From positions 1-64,000 of the forward strand of contig JBGAML010000007.1 in NCBI GenBank assembly GCA_044223005.1: 64,000 nt of DNA, written 5' to 3'. The DNA comes from Candidatus Eiseniibacteriota bacterium. Lineage in GTDB: Bacteria > Eisenbacteria > RBG-16-71-46. Below are positions 49,833 through 59,598 of this stretch, one piece after another. The position numbers and the translations under genes are program-made. How positions within the stretch are numbered: the stretch's first letter is position 1; every line of letters starts with the position of its first letter. The notes beneath the pieces were generated by a model, which was not told where the DNA came from, did not search any database, and worked only from the letters and a program-made list of their open reading frames with translations.

Positions 49833-50539
49833 GCCAGCTCGAGGTCGAGGGGCTCGACGTCTTCTACGGCGCGGTGCACGCGCTGAAGGGCGTCTCCGTC
49901 CGCGTCGAGGCGGGCGAGATCGTCACGCTGATCGGCGCCAACGGCGCCGGCAAGACGACGCTGCTGCGCACCATCTCCGGGCTCGTGCCGCCGAAGGCCG
50001 GGCGCGTGCGGTTCGAGGGCCGCGACATCACCAAGGTGCCCGCGCACCAGATCGTGGGGCTCGGGCTTTCGCAGGCGCCCGAGGGCCGCATGGTGTTCGC
50101 GAACCTCTCGGTCGAGGACAACCTCGAGATGGGCGCGTACCACCGCAAGGACCGCCCCGCGATCCGTGCCGATCGCGACGCGCAGTACGTGCTGTTTCCG
50201 CGCCTGCTCGAGCGGCGCAAGCAGCTCGCGGGCACGCTGTCGGGCGGCGAGCAGCAGATGCTCGCGATCGCCCGCGCGCTGATGGCCAAGCCGCGGCTGC
50301 TGCTGCTGGACGAGCCCTCGCTCGGGATCGCGCCGATCCTCGTGCGCGACATCTTCCGCAACATCGTCGAGATCAACCGCCGCGGCGTCACGGTCGTGCT
50401 GGTCGAGCAGAACGCGCACATGGCGCTCTCGGTGGCGCAGCGCGGCTACGTGCTCGAGACCGGCCGCGTGGTGCTCGAGGACGAGGCCGCGAAGCTCGCC
50501 GCCAACGACGACGTGCGGGCCGCCTACCTGGGCGGCTGA
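49829..50539 (+). CDS. livF: Branched-chain amino acid ABC transporter ATPase
   Basis: GANGAGKTT, LSGGEQQML, LLDEPSLG, LVEQN. Confidence 0.95.
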   Translation: MSQLEVEGLDVFYGAVHALKGVSVRVEAGEIVTLIGANGAGKTTLLRTISGLVPPKAGRVRFEGRDITKVPAHQIVGLGLSQAPEGRMVFANLSVEDNLEMGAYHRKDRPAIRADRDAQYVLFPRLLERRKQLAGTLSGGEQQMLAIARALMAKPRLLLLDEPSLGIAPILVRDIFRNIVEINRRGVTVVLVEQNAHMALSVAQRGYVLETGRVVLEDEAAKLAANDDVRAAYLGG

Positions 50540-50676
50540 TTTCGCACGGCCGGCGCGGGCCGGATGGCCCGATCGCGCGGGCCGCGTTGCGTCCCGCCCG
50601 GCGTCCCCGTCGCCCTCCGGCGCCGGCGGCGATGCGCGCGTGCCGCGGTGCCGCCGCTCTGCTAGCGTGGTCGCCC

Positions 50677-52077
50677 ATGGCCACGAAGAACCTCCGGGCG
50701 CTGCCCGCCGTCGAGACGCTCCTGCAGCACGAATCGCTCGCCGCCGCCGGCAAGAAGGTGCCGCGGCCGCTGCTCGTCGCCGCCGTGCGGGACACGCTGG
50801 CCGAGGCGCGCGTGGCGCTCCGGCGGGCGCCGAAGGCCGGCGCCGTGCCCGAGGCCGACGCTCTCGCGCGCGCCGCCGCCGCCCGCGCCGAACGCGATGC
50901 GCGGCCGCAGCTGCGGCGCGTGCTCAACGCGACCGGCGTGGTCCTGCACACCAACTTCGGCCGCGCGCCGCTCGCCGAGGAGGCGCGCCGCGCCGTGGCC
51001 GAGGTGGCCGCGGGCTACAGCTCGCTCGAGTACGACCTCGACGCCGGCAGGCGCGGCGAGCGCGGCACGGGCATCGAGCGCTGGCTCGTGCGGCTGACGG
51101 GCGCCGAGGCCGCGCTCGCGGTCAACAACGGCGCGGGCGCGCTGCTGGTCGCGCTCTCGGCGCTCGCCGCGGGCGGCGCGGTGATCGTCTCGCGCGGCGA
51201 ACTGGTCGAGATCGGCGGTTCGTTCCGCGTGCCCGACATCATGGAGAAGAGCGGTGCGCGGCTCGTCGAGGTGGGCACCACCAACCGCACGCACCTGCGC
51301 GACTACGAACGGGCGCTCGCGAAGCACGACGACGTCGCCGCGATCCTGCGCGTGCACCGCAGCAACTTCCGGCTCGAGGGCTTCACCGCGCGCCCCGAGA
51401 TGCGCGAGCTGGCCGCGCTGGCGCGGAAGAAGAAGCTGCCGCTGATCGAGGACCTGGGCAGCGGCGCGCTCGTGGACCTCGCCGCGTTCGGCCTCGAACA
51501 CGAGCCGACGGTCGCCGAGGCGCTCGCCGCGGGCGCGGACGTGGTCACGTTCTCGGGTGACAAGCTGCTGGGCGGCGGGCAGGCGGGGCTCGTGCTCGGG
51601 CGCCGCAAGCTCGTCGAGCGGATCCGCAAGGACCCGTTCGCGCGCGCGCTGCGCATGGACAAGCTCGCGCTCGCCGCGCTGGAGGCCACGCTGCCGCTCT
51701 ACGCCGATCCCGAACGCGCCGCCGCGCGGATCCCCGCGCTCGCCGCGCTGCGCGTGAGCCCCGAGGCGCTGGGCGAGCGCGCCGAGCGGCTCGCGGCCGA
51801 GCTGACCGCGCGCATCCCGGGACTGGTCACGCGGATCATTTCGGGTCACGGTGAAGTGGGTGGCGGCGCGCTGCCGCTGCAGAAGCTCTCCGGCCCGGTC
51901 GTCGAGCTCGAGCACCCCGCGCACGCCGCAGCCGAGCTCGAGCGCCGCGCCCGCGCCGCCGAGCCGCCCGTGATCGGCACCGTGCGCGCGGGCCGTTTCC
52001 GGCTCGACCCGCGCACGCTCGCCGAGACCGAGATCGGCATGGTGGCGACGTCGCTCGCGAAGGCGTTCGCGTCGTGA
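50677..52077 (+). CDS. selA: L-seryl-tRNA(Sec) selenium transferase
   Basis: VLNATGVVLHTNFGRAPL, SRGELVEIGGSFR, EVGTTNRT, EDLGSG, FSGDKLLGG. Confidence 0.96.
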   Translation: MATKNLRALPAVETLLQHESLAAAGKKVPRPLLVAAVRDTLAEARVALRRAPKAGAVPEADALARAAAARAERDARPQLRRVLNATGVVLHTNFGRAPLAEEARRAVAEVAAGYSSLEYDLDAGRRGERGTGIERWLVRLTGAEAALAVNNGAGALLVALSALAAGGAVIVSRGELVEIGGSFRVPDIMEKSGARLVEVGTTNRTHLRDYERALAKHDDVAAILRVHRSNFRLEGFTARPEMRELAALARKKKLPLIEDLGSGALVDLAAFGLEHEPTVAEALAAGADVVTFSGDKLLGGGQAGLVLGRRKLVERIRKDPFARALRMDKLALAALEATLPLYADPERAAARIPALAALRVSPEALGERAERLAAELTARIPGLVTRIISGHGEVGGGALPLQKLSGPVVELEHPAHAAAELERRARAAEPPVIGTVRAGRFRLDPRTLAETEIGMVATSLAKAFAS

Positions 52078-52814
52078 GCGCGGCGGCGCGCACGGTCACC
52101 ACCGCCGCAGGTCCGTTGCGCGTCGTACCCCTCTCGGAGGCGTCGCGCCGCGCGCTCGCGGAGTTCTTCCCGGAGCTGCGGCCGCTCGAGCACGAGGGCC
52201 GCGCGATGCTCGGGCTCGTCATGGCCGGCGCCGGGCACCGCATGCACGGACTGCGCACGGGCTACGGCTGGTACGAGGGCGAGCGGGCGATGGTGGCCCG
52301 CCGCGCGGCGCTCTTCGGGCGCATGCGGCTGCCGCGCGCGCTCAAGGCGTTCCGGGATTCGGGCTTCGACGGCGTGCTCCTGCCGGCCGCCTGCGTGCTG
52401 GACGGCGGTGCGGGCGCCGTGCAGGAAGGCGAGCTGCTCTTCGTGCACGCCCGCGCACCCATGACCGGCGAGTGGGCGAGCGACCCGGCCGAGTCGTGGG
52501 AGCGCACGATCGGGCGCCACTCGACGGGCGCGCTGCTCGCGTTCGTCGCGGCGGTCGCGACGGCCTGGAAGGAGGGCGGCGTCGCCCAGCGCACGCTCAC
52601 CGACCTCGAGCCCTGCGCCGCCGACTTCGCCCCGGTGCGCTGGCTCGCCGACGTCGCGCTGGTCGACGGCCGGCTCGTGCTCGTGCGCACCGTGCTCGAG
52701 GACGCCGACCCGCTGCTCGGGGCGCTCGTCGAGGCCGGCTTCGACCAAGTCGAGTGGGAGCCGTGCGGGTTCGTGCTGCCGGCGCCCCCGGAACCGGACG
52801 GCCCGCCGGCCTGA
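52074..52814 (+). CDS. Hypothetical protein, translationally coupled to selA
   Basis: 246-aa ORF with genome-typical codon bias and GTGA overlap; no recognised motif. Confidence 0.7.
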   Translation: MSAAARTVTTAAGPLRVVPLSEASRRALAEFFPELRPLEHEGRAMLGLVMAGAGHRMHGLRTGYGWYEGERAMVARRAALFGRMRLPRALKAFRDSGFDGVLLPAACVLDGGAGAVQEGELLFVHARAPMTGEWASDPAESWERTIGRHSTGALLAFVAAVATAWKEGGVAQRTLTDLEPCAADFAPVRWLADVALVDGRLVLVRTVLEDADPLLGALVEAGFDQVEWEPCGFVLPAPPEPDGPPA

Positions 52815-52864
52815 GCCGGCCCCACGGCCGCGCGGGCGAGGGCGAAACCGCCTGCCGGAATGGA

Positions 52865-52893
52865 TTGACCGGCCCCCCGGCGGCCCGTAAAGT
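52865..52893 (+). promoter_or_regulatory. Sigma70-type promoter about 310 nt upstream of smc
   Basis: TTGACC-N17-TAAAGT. Confidence 0.65.
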
Positions 52894-53204
52894 GCGTCAC
52901 GGCAGGACGTCCCAGACGCTTCGACCCGATCGGCCGCCACACGCAGGGGATCCCCCGATCTCCGGCGGAAGATCGTGGTGCGTCACGCCTTCGGGCGTTC
53001 GCCAGAGACAGCGCACGCGCAACCTTTAGACCGACACCGAGGTCTCGAAACTCGGACACTTTTCGCGGGCCGACTCCCGCGGACGGTGATCGAGAGTGGT
53101 CCAGCGTACCGGAAGGACCCGTCCGGCCCGCGGCTCCGCCGCAGGTGCCGCCGGTCGCCCGTCGCTCCGCGGACCCCTCCCGCACACCAGTGGAGAGCGC
53201 AGGG

Positions 53205-56200
53205 ATGTTCCTCTACAAGCTCGATATCCAGGGATTCAAGTCGTTCTGCGACAAGACCGAGCTTCGGTTCGGCGAGGGCATCACCGGCGTCATCGGGCCC
53301 AACGGCTGCGGCAAGACGAATGTGTCCGATGCCATTCGCTGGGTGCTCGGCGAGCAGAGCGCGAAGCAGTTGCGCGGCGACTCGATGGAGGACGTGATCT
53401 TCAACGGCTGCCCGACCCGCAAGCCGCTCGGCATGGCCGAGGTCCACCTCACGTTCAAGAACGACCGCGGCATCCTGCCCACCGAGTTCAGCGAGGTCAC
53501 GGTCTCGCGGCGCGTCTTCCGCTCCGGCATGTCGGAGTACTTCCTCAACAAGACGCCCTGCCGCCTCAAGGACATCAAGGATCTCTTCTTCGACACCGGC
53601 ATGGGCAGCCACGCCTACTCGGTGATCGAGCGGACGATGGTCGACAACATCCTCTCGGACAACACGAACCATCGCCGGTTCCTGTTCGAGGAGGCGTCGG
53701 GCATCACCAAGTACAAGGCCCGCAAGAAGGAAGCGCTCAACAAGCTCGACGCGACCGAGGGCGACCTGACGCGCCTGAACGACATCGTGTTCGAGATCGA
53801 GCGCGAACTGCGCTCGCTCGCCCGCCAGGTCGGCAAGGCGCGCCGCTACCAGCGGCTGCGCGACGAGGTGCGCGACCTCGACCTGGCGCTGTCGGCGGCG
53901 ACGATCGAGGCGCTGCGCGCCCGCGAAGCGAAGGCGCACGAGGAGTGGCAGGAGGAGGCGGTCCGCCGCGAGGGCGTCACCACCGAGCTCGACACGATCG
54001 AGGCGCGACTCAACGACCAGAAGCTGGCGCTGCTCGAGCTCGAGCGCGAGCTGACCACCGCGCAGGGCGGCCTGAAGGACCGCGAGGAGGCCCGCGTCGC
54101 GGCCGAGCACCAGGTCGTGCTGCTCCGCGAGCGCGCGACCGGCCTGCTGCGCCGCGCCGAAGAGGCGGCCGACGAGGCCACGCGCATGCGCGAGCGCCTC
54201 GCCGAGACGCAGGCGCGCGAGCAGGAAGCGCAGGCGAAGCTGGCCGAGACGCGTGCCGCGCTCGAGACGAGCCAGGTCGAGGCCGAGACCAACGAAGCCG
54301 CGCTCAACGAAGTCGAGATGGCGCTGCGCGAGCGGCGCACGGTGGCCGCGACGCACAAGCAGCTGTCGCTCGACCTGTTTTCGACCGAGGCCGAGAAGAA
54401 GGGCGCGTGCGAGCGCATCCGCGAACGCCAGGCGTCGCTCACCGAGCGCCGAGCGGACGCGGAGACGCGCCGCGGTGACCTGCTCGAACGCGTCGCCGAT
54501 CTCGAGCGCGCGCTCGTGGACGGCGCCGAGCGGCGCGGCCAGCTCGAGGAGGCGGTCGAGGCCGCCCGCGGCGAACTGGTGGCGAGCGAGGACGCGATCC
54601 GCGTCGTGGACGGCAGCATCGTCGCGGCCGACGAGGCGCTCTCGCAGCTGCGGCAGCAGGCGGCCGCGGCGGATTCGCGACTGCGCACGCTCATGGAGCT
54701 CAAGCGCAACTTCGACGGCGTCTCGGAAGGCGTGAAGGCCCTGCTCGCGCACGAAGGCGAGCTGCCCGGCATGCTGGGCGTGGTCGCCAACGTGCTCGAA
54801 GTGCCGTCGCAGTACCTGGACGCGCTGGAGGCCTCGCTCGGCGAGGCGTCGGCGTTCGTGCTCGTCGAGGATCGCGGTGCGATCGACCCGGCGCTCGCGC
54901 GGCTGCGCGGGCTCGAGAGCGGGCGCGCGACGCTGGTGGACCTGTCGGCGCTGGGCGCCTCCGCGCCGCGGATCGACGGCCCGCAGCACGCGGGCGTGCT
55001 CGGGCGCGCGTCGGACCTGGTCAAGTGCGAGGAGCGCTTCCGCCCGCTCGTCGACCGCCTGCTCGGCACGGTGTTCGTGGTCGAGTCGCGCGAGGTCGCG
55101 GCGGAGCTGGCGCACGCCTCGATGGGCGGCATGCGGTTCGTGAGCCTGGACGGCGAGGTCTGGGAGCGCGGCCGCGTCCGCGCCGGGCAGACGTCCAGCA
55201 AGGGCGGCCTGCTGCACCGCGAGATGGAGATCCGCGAGCTCTCGGGCCGGCTGGCCGAGCTCTCGCTGGCGGTCGAGGGCGCGCAGAACGAGCGCACGGC
55301 GCTCGAGGCCGCGCGCACGAACGCGATCGAGCAGCGCGACCAGTCGCGATGGATGCTCGACGAGTCCAAGACCGCGCTCGAGTCGCAGGTGCGCGAGCTG
55401 TCGGGCGTCGAGCGCGAGAAGGGCTTCGCGGCCAAGGAGGCCGAGGAGCGCACGCGCGAGATGGAGAACCACGCGCTCGAGCTGGATTCGCTCGCGCGTT
55501 CGCTGGAGCAGGCCGAATCCGAGCTGGCCGAGTTCCAGGCCCAGCTGGACGCCGCCCGCGCGCAGCTGGTCGAGGCCGATCTCGAGGTGCGCGGCATGGA
55601 GATGCGCCGCGACGAGGTCGCCACGCGCGCGCAGGTGTCGCGCGAGACGCTGCTGCGGCTCTCGCGCGAGGCCGGCGAGTGGGAGGCGCAGTGGGCGCGC
55701 GCCGAGCAGACCGTGCGCGAGCTCGAGGCGGGCATCCGCGCCCGCGACGAGGAGGCCGGCCAGCACCGCGGCCGCATCGCCGAGATCGAGGCCGAGGTCG
55801 CGGGCCTGTCGGCGGGCCTCACCGGGCTCATGCAGTCCGAAGGCGAGCAGCGCGACCGCGTGGTCGAGCTGCAGAAGCGCTTCCTCGCGCTCAAGGAGGA
55901 GGTCGGCGCCGGCGAAGAGGCCGCGCGCGCCAAGCGCTTCGAGCAGACCGAGCTCGGCGAGCGGCTGCACATGCTCGAGCTGGATCGCGTGCAGGCGCGG
56001 GCCGACCTCGACCGCACGTTCGAGCGGCTGCGCACCGAGTACGAGATCGATCCGGCGAACTGGGAGCCGCACGCGCTGCCCGAGGGCGTCGACGCCGAGA
56101 CCGCGCCTGCCCGGCTCGAGGAGTCGCGCACGCGACTGCGCGGCCTGGGCCCGGTGAACCTGCTGGCGCTCGAGGAGTACTCGCGCAAGAAGGAGCGGTT

Positions 56201-56789
56201 CACGTTCCTCACCCAGCAGCGCGAGGACCTGCTCAAGGCCAAGGCGCAGCTGCTCGAGGCGATCGAGAAGATCAACATCACCGCGAGCCAGCTCTTCAGC
56301 GAGACGTTCGCCAAGGTGCAGCAGAACTTCAAGGACATCTTCAAGACGCTGTTCGAGGGTGGCGACTGCGAGCTGCGCATGGTGGGCGAGGATCCGATGG
56401 AGTGCGAGGTCGAGATCGTCGCCAAGCCGCGCGGCAAGCACCTGCAGTCGATCTCGCTCATGTCGAGCGGCGAGCGCGCGCTCACCGCGATCGCGCTGCT
56501 GTTCGCGATCTACCTCGTCAAGCCGTCGCCGTTCTGCCTCCTGGACGAGGTCGACGCGCCGCTCGACGACGCGAACGTGGATCGCTTCCTCAACATGCTC
56601 CGCCGCTTCGGCGACCGGACGCAGTTCGTCGTCATCACGCACAACAAGAAGACGATGGAAGCGGCCGGCTGCATCTACGGCGTCACCATGCAGGAGCTGG
56701 GCATCTCCAAGCTCGTGTCGGTGGCCCTCGACGGCGTCGACGTGAGTCACGAGTCGCGCCGCGAGGCCGTGGCGCCCTCGCTGAGCTGA
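53205..56789 (+). CDS. smc: Chromosome segregation protein SMC
   Basis: GFKSF, GPNGCGKTN, long coiled coils with hinge, MSSGE signature, LLDEVDAPLD, ITH; smc-ftsY synteny. Confidence 0.97.
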   Translation: MFLYKLDIQGFKSFCDKTELRFGEGITGVIGPNGCGKTNVSDAIRWVLGEQSAKQLRGDSMEDVIFNGCPTRKPLGMAEVHLTFKNDRGILPTEFSEVTVSRRVFRSGMSEYFLNKTPCRLKDIKDLFFDTGMGSHAYSVIERTMVDNILSDNTNHRRFLFEEASGITKYKARKKEALNKLDATEGDLTRLNDIVFEIERELRSLARQVGKARRYQRLRDEVRDLDLALSAATIEALRAREAKAHEEWQEEAVRREGVTTELDTIEARLNDQKLALLELERELTTAQGGLKDREEARVAAEHQVVLLRERATGLLRRAEEAADEATRMRERLAETQAREQEAQAKLAETRAALETSQVEAETNEAALNEVEMALRERRTVAATHKQLSLDLFSTEAEKKGACERIRERQASLTERRADAETRRGDLLERVADLERALVDGAERRGQLEEAVEAARGELVASEDAIRVVDGSIVAADEALSQLRQQAAAADSRLRTLMELKRNFDGVSEGVKALLAHEGELPGMLGVVANVLEVPSQYLDALEASLGEASAFVLVEDRGAIDPALARLRGLESGRATLVDLSALGASAPRIDGPQHAGVLGRASDLVKCEERFRPLVDRLLGTVFVVESREVAAELAHASMGGMRFVSLDGEVWERGRVRAGQTSSKGGLLHREMEIRELSGRLAELSLAVEGAQNERTALEAARTNAIEQRDQSRWMLDESKTALESQVRELSGVEREKGFAAKEAEERTREMENHALELDSLARSLEQAESELAEFQAQLDAARAQLVEADLEVRGMEMRRDEVATRAQVSRETLLRLSREAGEWEAQWARAEQTVRELEAGIRARDEEAGQHRGRIAEIEAEVAGLSAGLTGLMQSEGEQRDRVVELQKRFLALKEEVGAGEEAARAKRFEQTELGERLHMLELDRVQARADLDRTFERLRTEYEIDPANWEPHALPEGVDAETAPARLEESRTRLRGLGPVNLLALEEYSRKKERFTFLTQQREDLLKAKAQLLEAIEKINITASQLFSETFAKVQQNFKDIFKTLFEGGDCELRMVGEDPMECEVEIVAKPRGKHLQSISLMSSGERALTAIALLFAIYLVKPSPFCLLDEVDAPLDDANVDRFLNMLRRFGDRTQFVVITHNKKTMEAAGCIYGVTMQELGISKLVSVALDGVDVSHESRREAVAPSLS

Positions 56790-56853
56790 TTCCTCCTTCC
56801 CGGCCCGCGCCCGCGTTCCGCGGGGCGCGGGCCGAATGGTTTCCCGCGATCCC

Positions 56854-57765
56854 ATGAACCTCTGGAACAAGTTCCGCGCCGGGCTGCAGCGCACGCGTGA
56901 CGCGATCGTCGGCACGGTCGGCGCCGCGCTGGGCATCGCAGGCCCGATCGACGCCGCGACGCTCGAATCGCTGGAGGAGGCGCTGCTGGGCGCCGACGTG
57001 GGGCCGGACACCACCGACCGCCTGATCGCGCGCGCGAAGAAGCTCATGGGCTCCGAGCGCGAGCTGGACCTGCGCGGCGCCCTGGAGCGCGCGGCCGCCG
57101 AGATGCTGCGCGGCCGCGGCGAGCCGGCGCGCTTCGCGCCCGGCGAGGGGCAGCGGCCCTGGGTCGTGCTGATCGTGGGCGTGAACGGCGCCGGCAAGAC
57201 CACATTCGCAGGCAAGCTCGCCGCGCGCTTCACGCGCGACGGTCACCCCGCGCTGCTCGTCGCAGCGGACACGTTCCGCGCCGCGGCGTCGGACCAGCTC
57301 GTCGTGTGGGCCGAGCGCGCGGGGGTGGAGATCGTGCGCGCGCGCGACGGCGGCGATCCGGCCGCCGTGGTGCACGACGGGATCGAGGCGGCCAAGGCGC
57401 GCGGCGCGCACGTCGTGCTCGTCGACACCGCCGGCCGGCTGCACACCAAGCAGAACCTGATGGCGGAGCTCGAGAAGATCGGGCGCGTCTGCGCCCGGCT
57501 CGTGCCCGGCGCGCCGCACCACGTGCTGCTGGTGCTCGACGGCACGCAGGGCCTGAACGCGCTCGCGCAGGCGCGCGAGTTCGGCAAGGCGGTGCCGGTC
57601 ACGAGCCTCGCGGTGACCAAGCTCGACGGCACGTCCCGCGGCGGCGCCGTGCTCGCGATCGCCGACCAGCTCGAGGTCCCCGTGAGCCTCGTGGGGCTCG
57701 GCGAAGGCCTCGACGACTGGGAGCCGTTCGACCCCGAGAGCTACGCCCGGGGCCTGTTCGAGTAG
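56854..57765 (+). CDS. ftsY: Signal recognition particle receptor FtsY (NG domain only)
   Basis: GVNGAGKTT, DTFRAAA, DTAGRLH, TKLDGTSRGG. Confidence 0.96.
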   Translation: MNLWNKFRAGLQRTRDAIVGTVGAALGIAGPIDAATLESLEEALLGADVGPDTTDRLIARAKKLMGSERELDLRGALERAAAEMLRGRGEPARFAPGEGQRPWVVLIVGVNGAGKTTFAGKLAARFTRDGHPALLVAADTFRAAASDQLVVWAERAGVEIVRARDGGDPAAVVHDGIEAAKARGAHVVLVDTAGRLHTKQNLMAELEKIGRVCARLVPGAPHHVLLVLDGTQGLNALAQAREFGKAVPVTSLAVTKLDGTSRGGAVLAIADQLEVPVSLVGLGEGLDDWEPFDPESYARGLFE

Positions 57766-57766
57766 C

Positions 57767-58687
57767 TCAGCGCTTCGGCGCCGTGCCCGTGGCCGGACGC
57801 CGCGTGGTGCCGGCGGCACGTTTCGGCGACGCTTCGGCCGCGAGCTGCTCGAACGACTTGCGCCGCTCCGCCGGCAGCAGCTTCGCCTGGAGCCCGTGCC
57901 CGTACTCGATCAGCCGCGCGCTCACCGTGCCGCCTTCGAGCGGCGTCGCCGGTGCGGCCTCGCGCGAGCGCCCGATCAGCCACGCCTTCATCGTCTGCAG
58001 CGCGTCCATCTGCTCCTTCGCGCAGTGCGTGATGGGCACCTGGTCGGTGAGCCAGCGCGTCCGGTCCTGGCGGATCTCCTTGTAGATCGTGCTGTCGCCC
58101 GAACCGCCCGTGTTGCCCCAGCCCTCGTGGATCACGAGCTTGCGCGTCGGCAGCACGCCCATCGAGGTGTGCACCGTGTCGGCGCCGAGCGTGTCGATCA
58201 CGCTGGTGTGCGGCTTCTGCAGCGACGTGCGGCTCGTGAGCGCCGTGGCCTTCGGGAGCACGAGCACTTCCTGGACGCCGCCGTCGGAGTTGATGCCGAG
58301 GATGGTCTTGCGCATGTAGAGGTCGCGGCGCTCGGCCCCGATGCTGTCCTCGAAGATCGAGTACGACATCAACGTGTTCGTCATGCCGCGCGGGCGCTTG
58401 GCGTCCTCGGTCCACGTCTCCACGTCGAAGCAGCGCTCGCCCCAGAAGATCTCCTGGCCGGCGATCAGCAGCGTGATCGTGTAGTGGTCGGTGGCGACGC
58501 CGTCGAGGTTCGTCATGATCACGTCGTACTTCACGTAGTCGCCGACCTTGAACTCGGGCTTGCGGGTGTAATCGATCAGGCCGACTCCGTTGATGCGGGT
58601 GACGGGGCCGGCGGCGCGGGCCGTCCGGACCGCGGAGAAAGTCAGCAGGGTGAGGAGCAGCACGAGAACGATCGGGGCACGACGCAT
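57767..58687 (-). CDS. Exported hypothetical protein
   Basis: Signal peptide MRRAPIVLVLLLTLLTFSAVRTARA; beta-rich body; typical codon bias. Confidence 0.75.
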   Translation of the reverse strand: MRRAPIVLVLLLTLLTFSAVRTARAAGPVTRINGVGLIDYTRKPEFKVGDYVKYDVIMTNLDGVATDHYTITLLIAGQEIFWGERCFDVETWTEDAKRPRGMTNTLMSYSIFEDSIGAERRDLYMRKTILGINSDGGVQEVLVLPKATALTSRTSLQKPHTSVIDTLGADTVHTSMGVLPTRKLVIHEGWGNTGGSGDSTIYKEIRQDRTRWLTDQVPITHCAKEQMDALQTMKAWLIGRSREAAPATPLEGGTVSARLIEYGHGLQAKLLPAERRKSFEQLAAEASPKRAAGTTRRPATGTAPKR

Positions 58688-58831
58688 GCATGGACCTCGG
58701 GACGGAGCCGGACCGGAACGGCCGCCGCGGACAGGTGGCCGGACGGAAAACGAGGCGAAGATTATGGCCGAGATCCGCTCCGCGCGAAAGGCCCCGAACG
58801 CACTCTCCACGCGCCCCCGCGAGCCGACGTC

Positions 58832-59569
58832 ATGACTCGTTCAAGCGATTCCGCCGGCGATCCCGAGGCCTTCCTGCCCGCCCGCGCCTCGCCCGAAGGC
58901 GACGACGCGCGTTCACCCGGCGCGCTCCGGGCGATGCGGCCGCGCGAGAAGCTGGCCCAGCGCGGCGCCGCCGCCCTCGCGGAGGCGGAGCTCTACGCGC
59001 TGCTGCTCGGCTCCGGCGTGGCGGGCCGCAGCGCGGTCCGGACCGGGCGCGCGCTCGCGCGGCACCGGGCCGCCGAGCTGGCCGAGTGGCCGCTCGCGCG
59101 CTGGCTGCGCGTGGCCGGGGTCGGGCCCGCGCGCGCGGCCGCGATGTGCGCCGCGTTCGAGCTCGGCCGCCGGGCGGCCGAGTGCCCCGCGGGCGGGCGG
59201 CCGATCCGCGGGCCGGACGACGTGCTGCCGCACGTGCGCGACCTGCTGCGGGCGCGGCGCGAGCACTTCCTCGTGCTGCTGCTCAACGCGCGTCACGAGA
59301 TGCAGCGGCGGGACGTGATCTCGATCGGCAGCCTCAACGCCAGCATCGTGCACCCGCGCGAGGTGTTCCTGCCCGCGATCCTGCACTCGGCCGCGAGCGT
59401 GGTGCTCGTGCACAACCACCCGAGCGGCGATCCCGAGCCGAGCGAGGAGGATCTCTCGATCACGCGGCGGCTCGTCGAAGTGGGCGACCTCGTGGGGATC
59501 GGGGTGCTGGACCACGTCATCGTGGGCACGCGCGGGCTCGTGAGTTTCCGTGCGCGCGGGCTGCTGTGA
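58832..59569 (+). CDS. radC: RadC (UPF0758/JAB domain) protein
   Basis: PREKL, GVGPA, SIVHPREVF, HNHPSGDPEPSEED, LDHVIVG. Confidence 0.95.
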   Translation: MTRSSDSAGDPEAFLPARASPEGDDARSPGALRAMRPREKLAQRGAAALAEAELYALLLGSGVAGRSAVRTGRALARHRAAELAEWPLARWLRVAGVGPARAAAMCAAFELGRRAAECPAGGRPIRGPDDVLPHVRDLLRARREHFLVLLLNARHEMQRRDVISIGSLNASIVHPREVFLPAILHSAASVVLVHNHPSGDPEPSEEDLSITRRLVEVGDLVGIGVLDHVIVGTRGLVSFRARGLL

Positions 59570-59598
59570 CGGCGCTTGCGGTGTGCGATGCTGCGCCC

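Noticed and set aside
52812..52860. Selenocysteine read-through of the TGA ending the gene after selA
   Set aside because: No convincing SECIS-like stem or redox motif context, and the region runs into a promoter
52960..53060. tRNA-Sec (selC) near selA, suggested by GGAAGATCGT and the reverse-strand GATCTTCCGCC
   Set aside because: No TCA anticodon loop, no T-loop GTTCGA and no cloverleaf on either strand
53095..53130. SRP RNA near ftsY, suggested by CCGGAAGG
   Set aside because: The flanking CAGG and AGCAG internal-loop motifs are missing
52983..57233. Very long antisense and alternate-frame ORFs (for example 1416 aa opposite smc, and many others across the window)
   Set aside because: Shadow ORFs caused by high GC and stop-codon scarcity; Arg/Ala/Gly-rich with no motifs, and overlapping well-supported genes
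58832..59569. radC as a marker of a mobile or anti-restriction element
   Set aside because: It is the full-length chromosomal type among housekeeping genes, with no mobile-element neighbours
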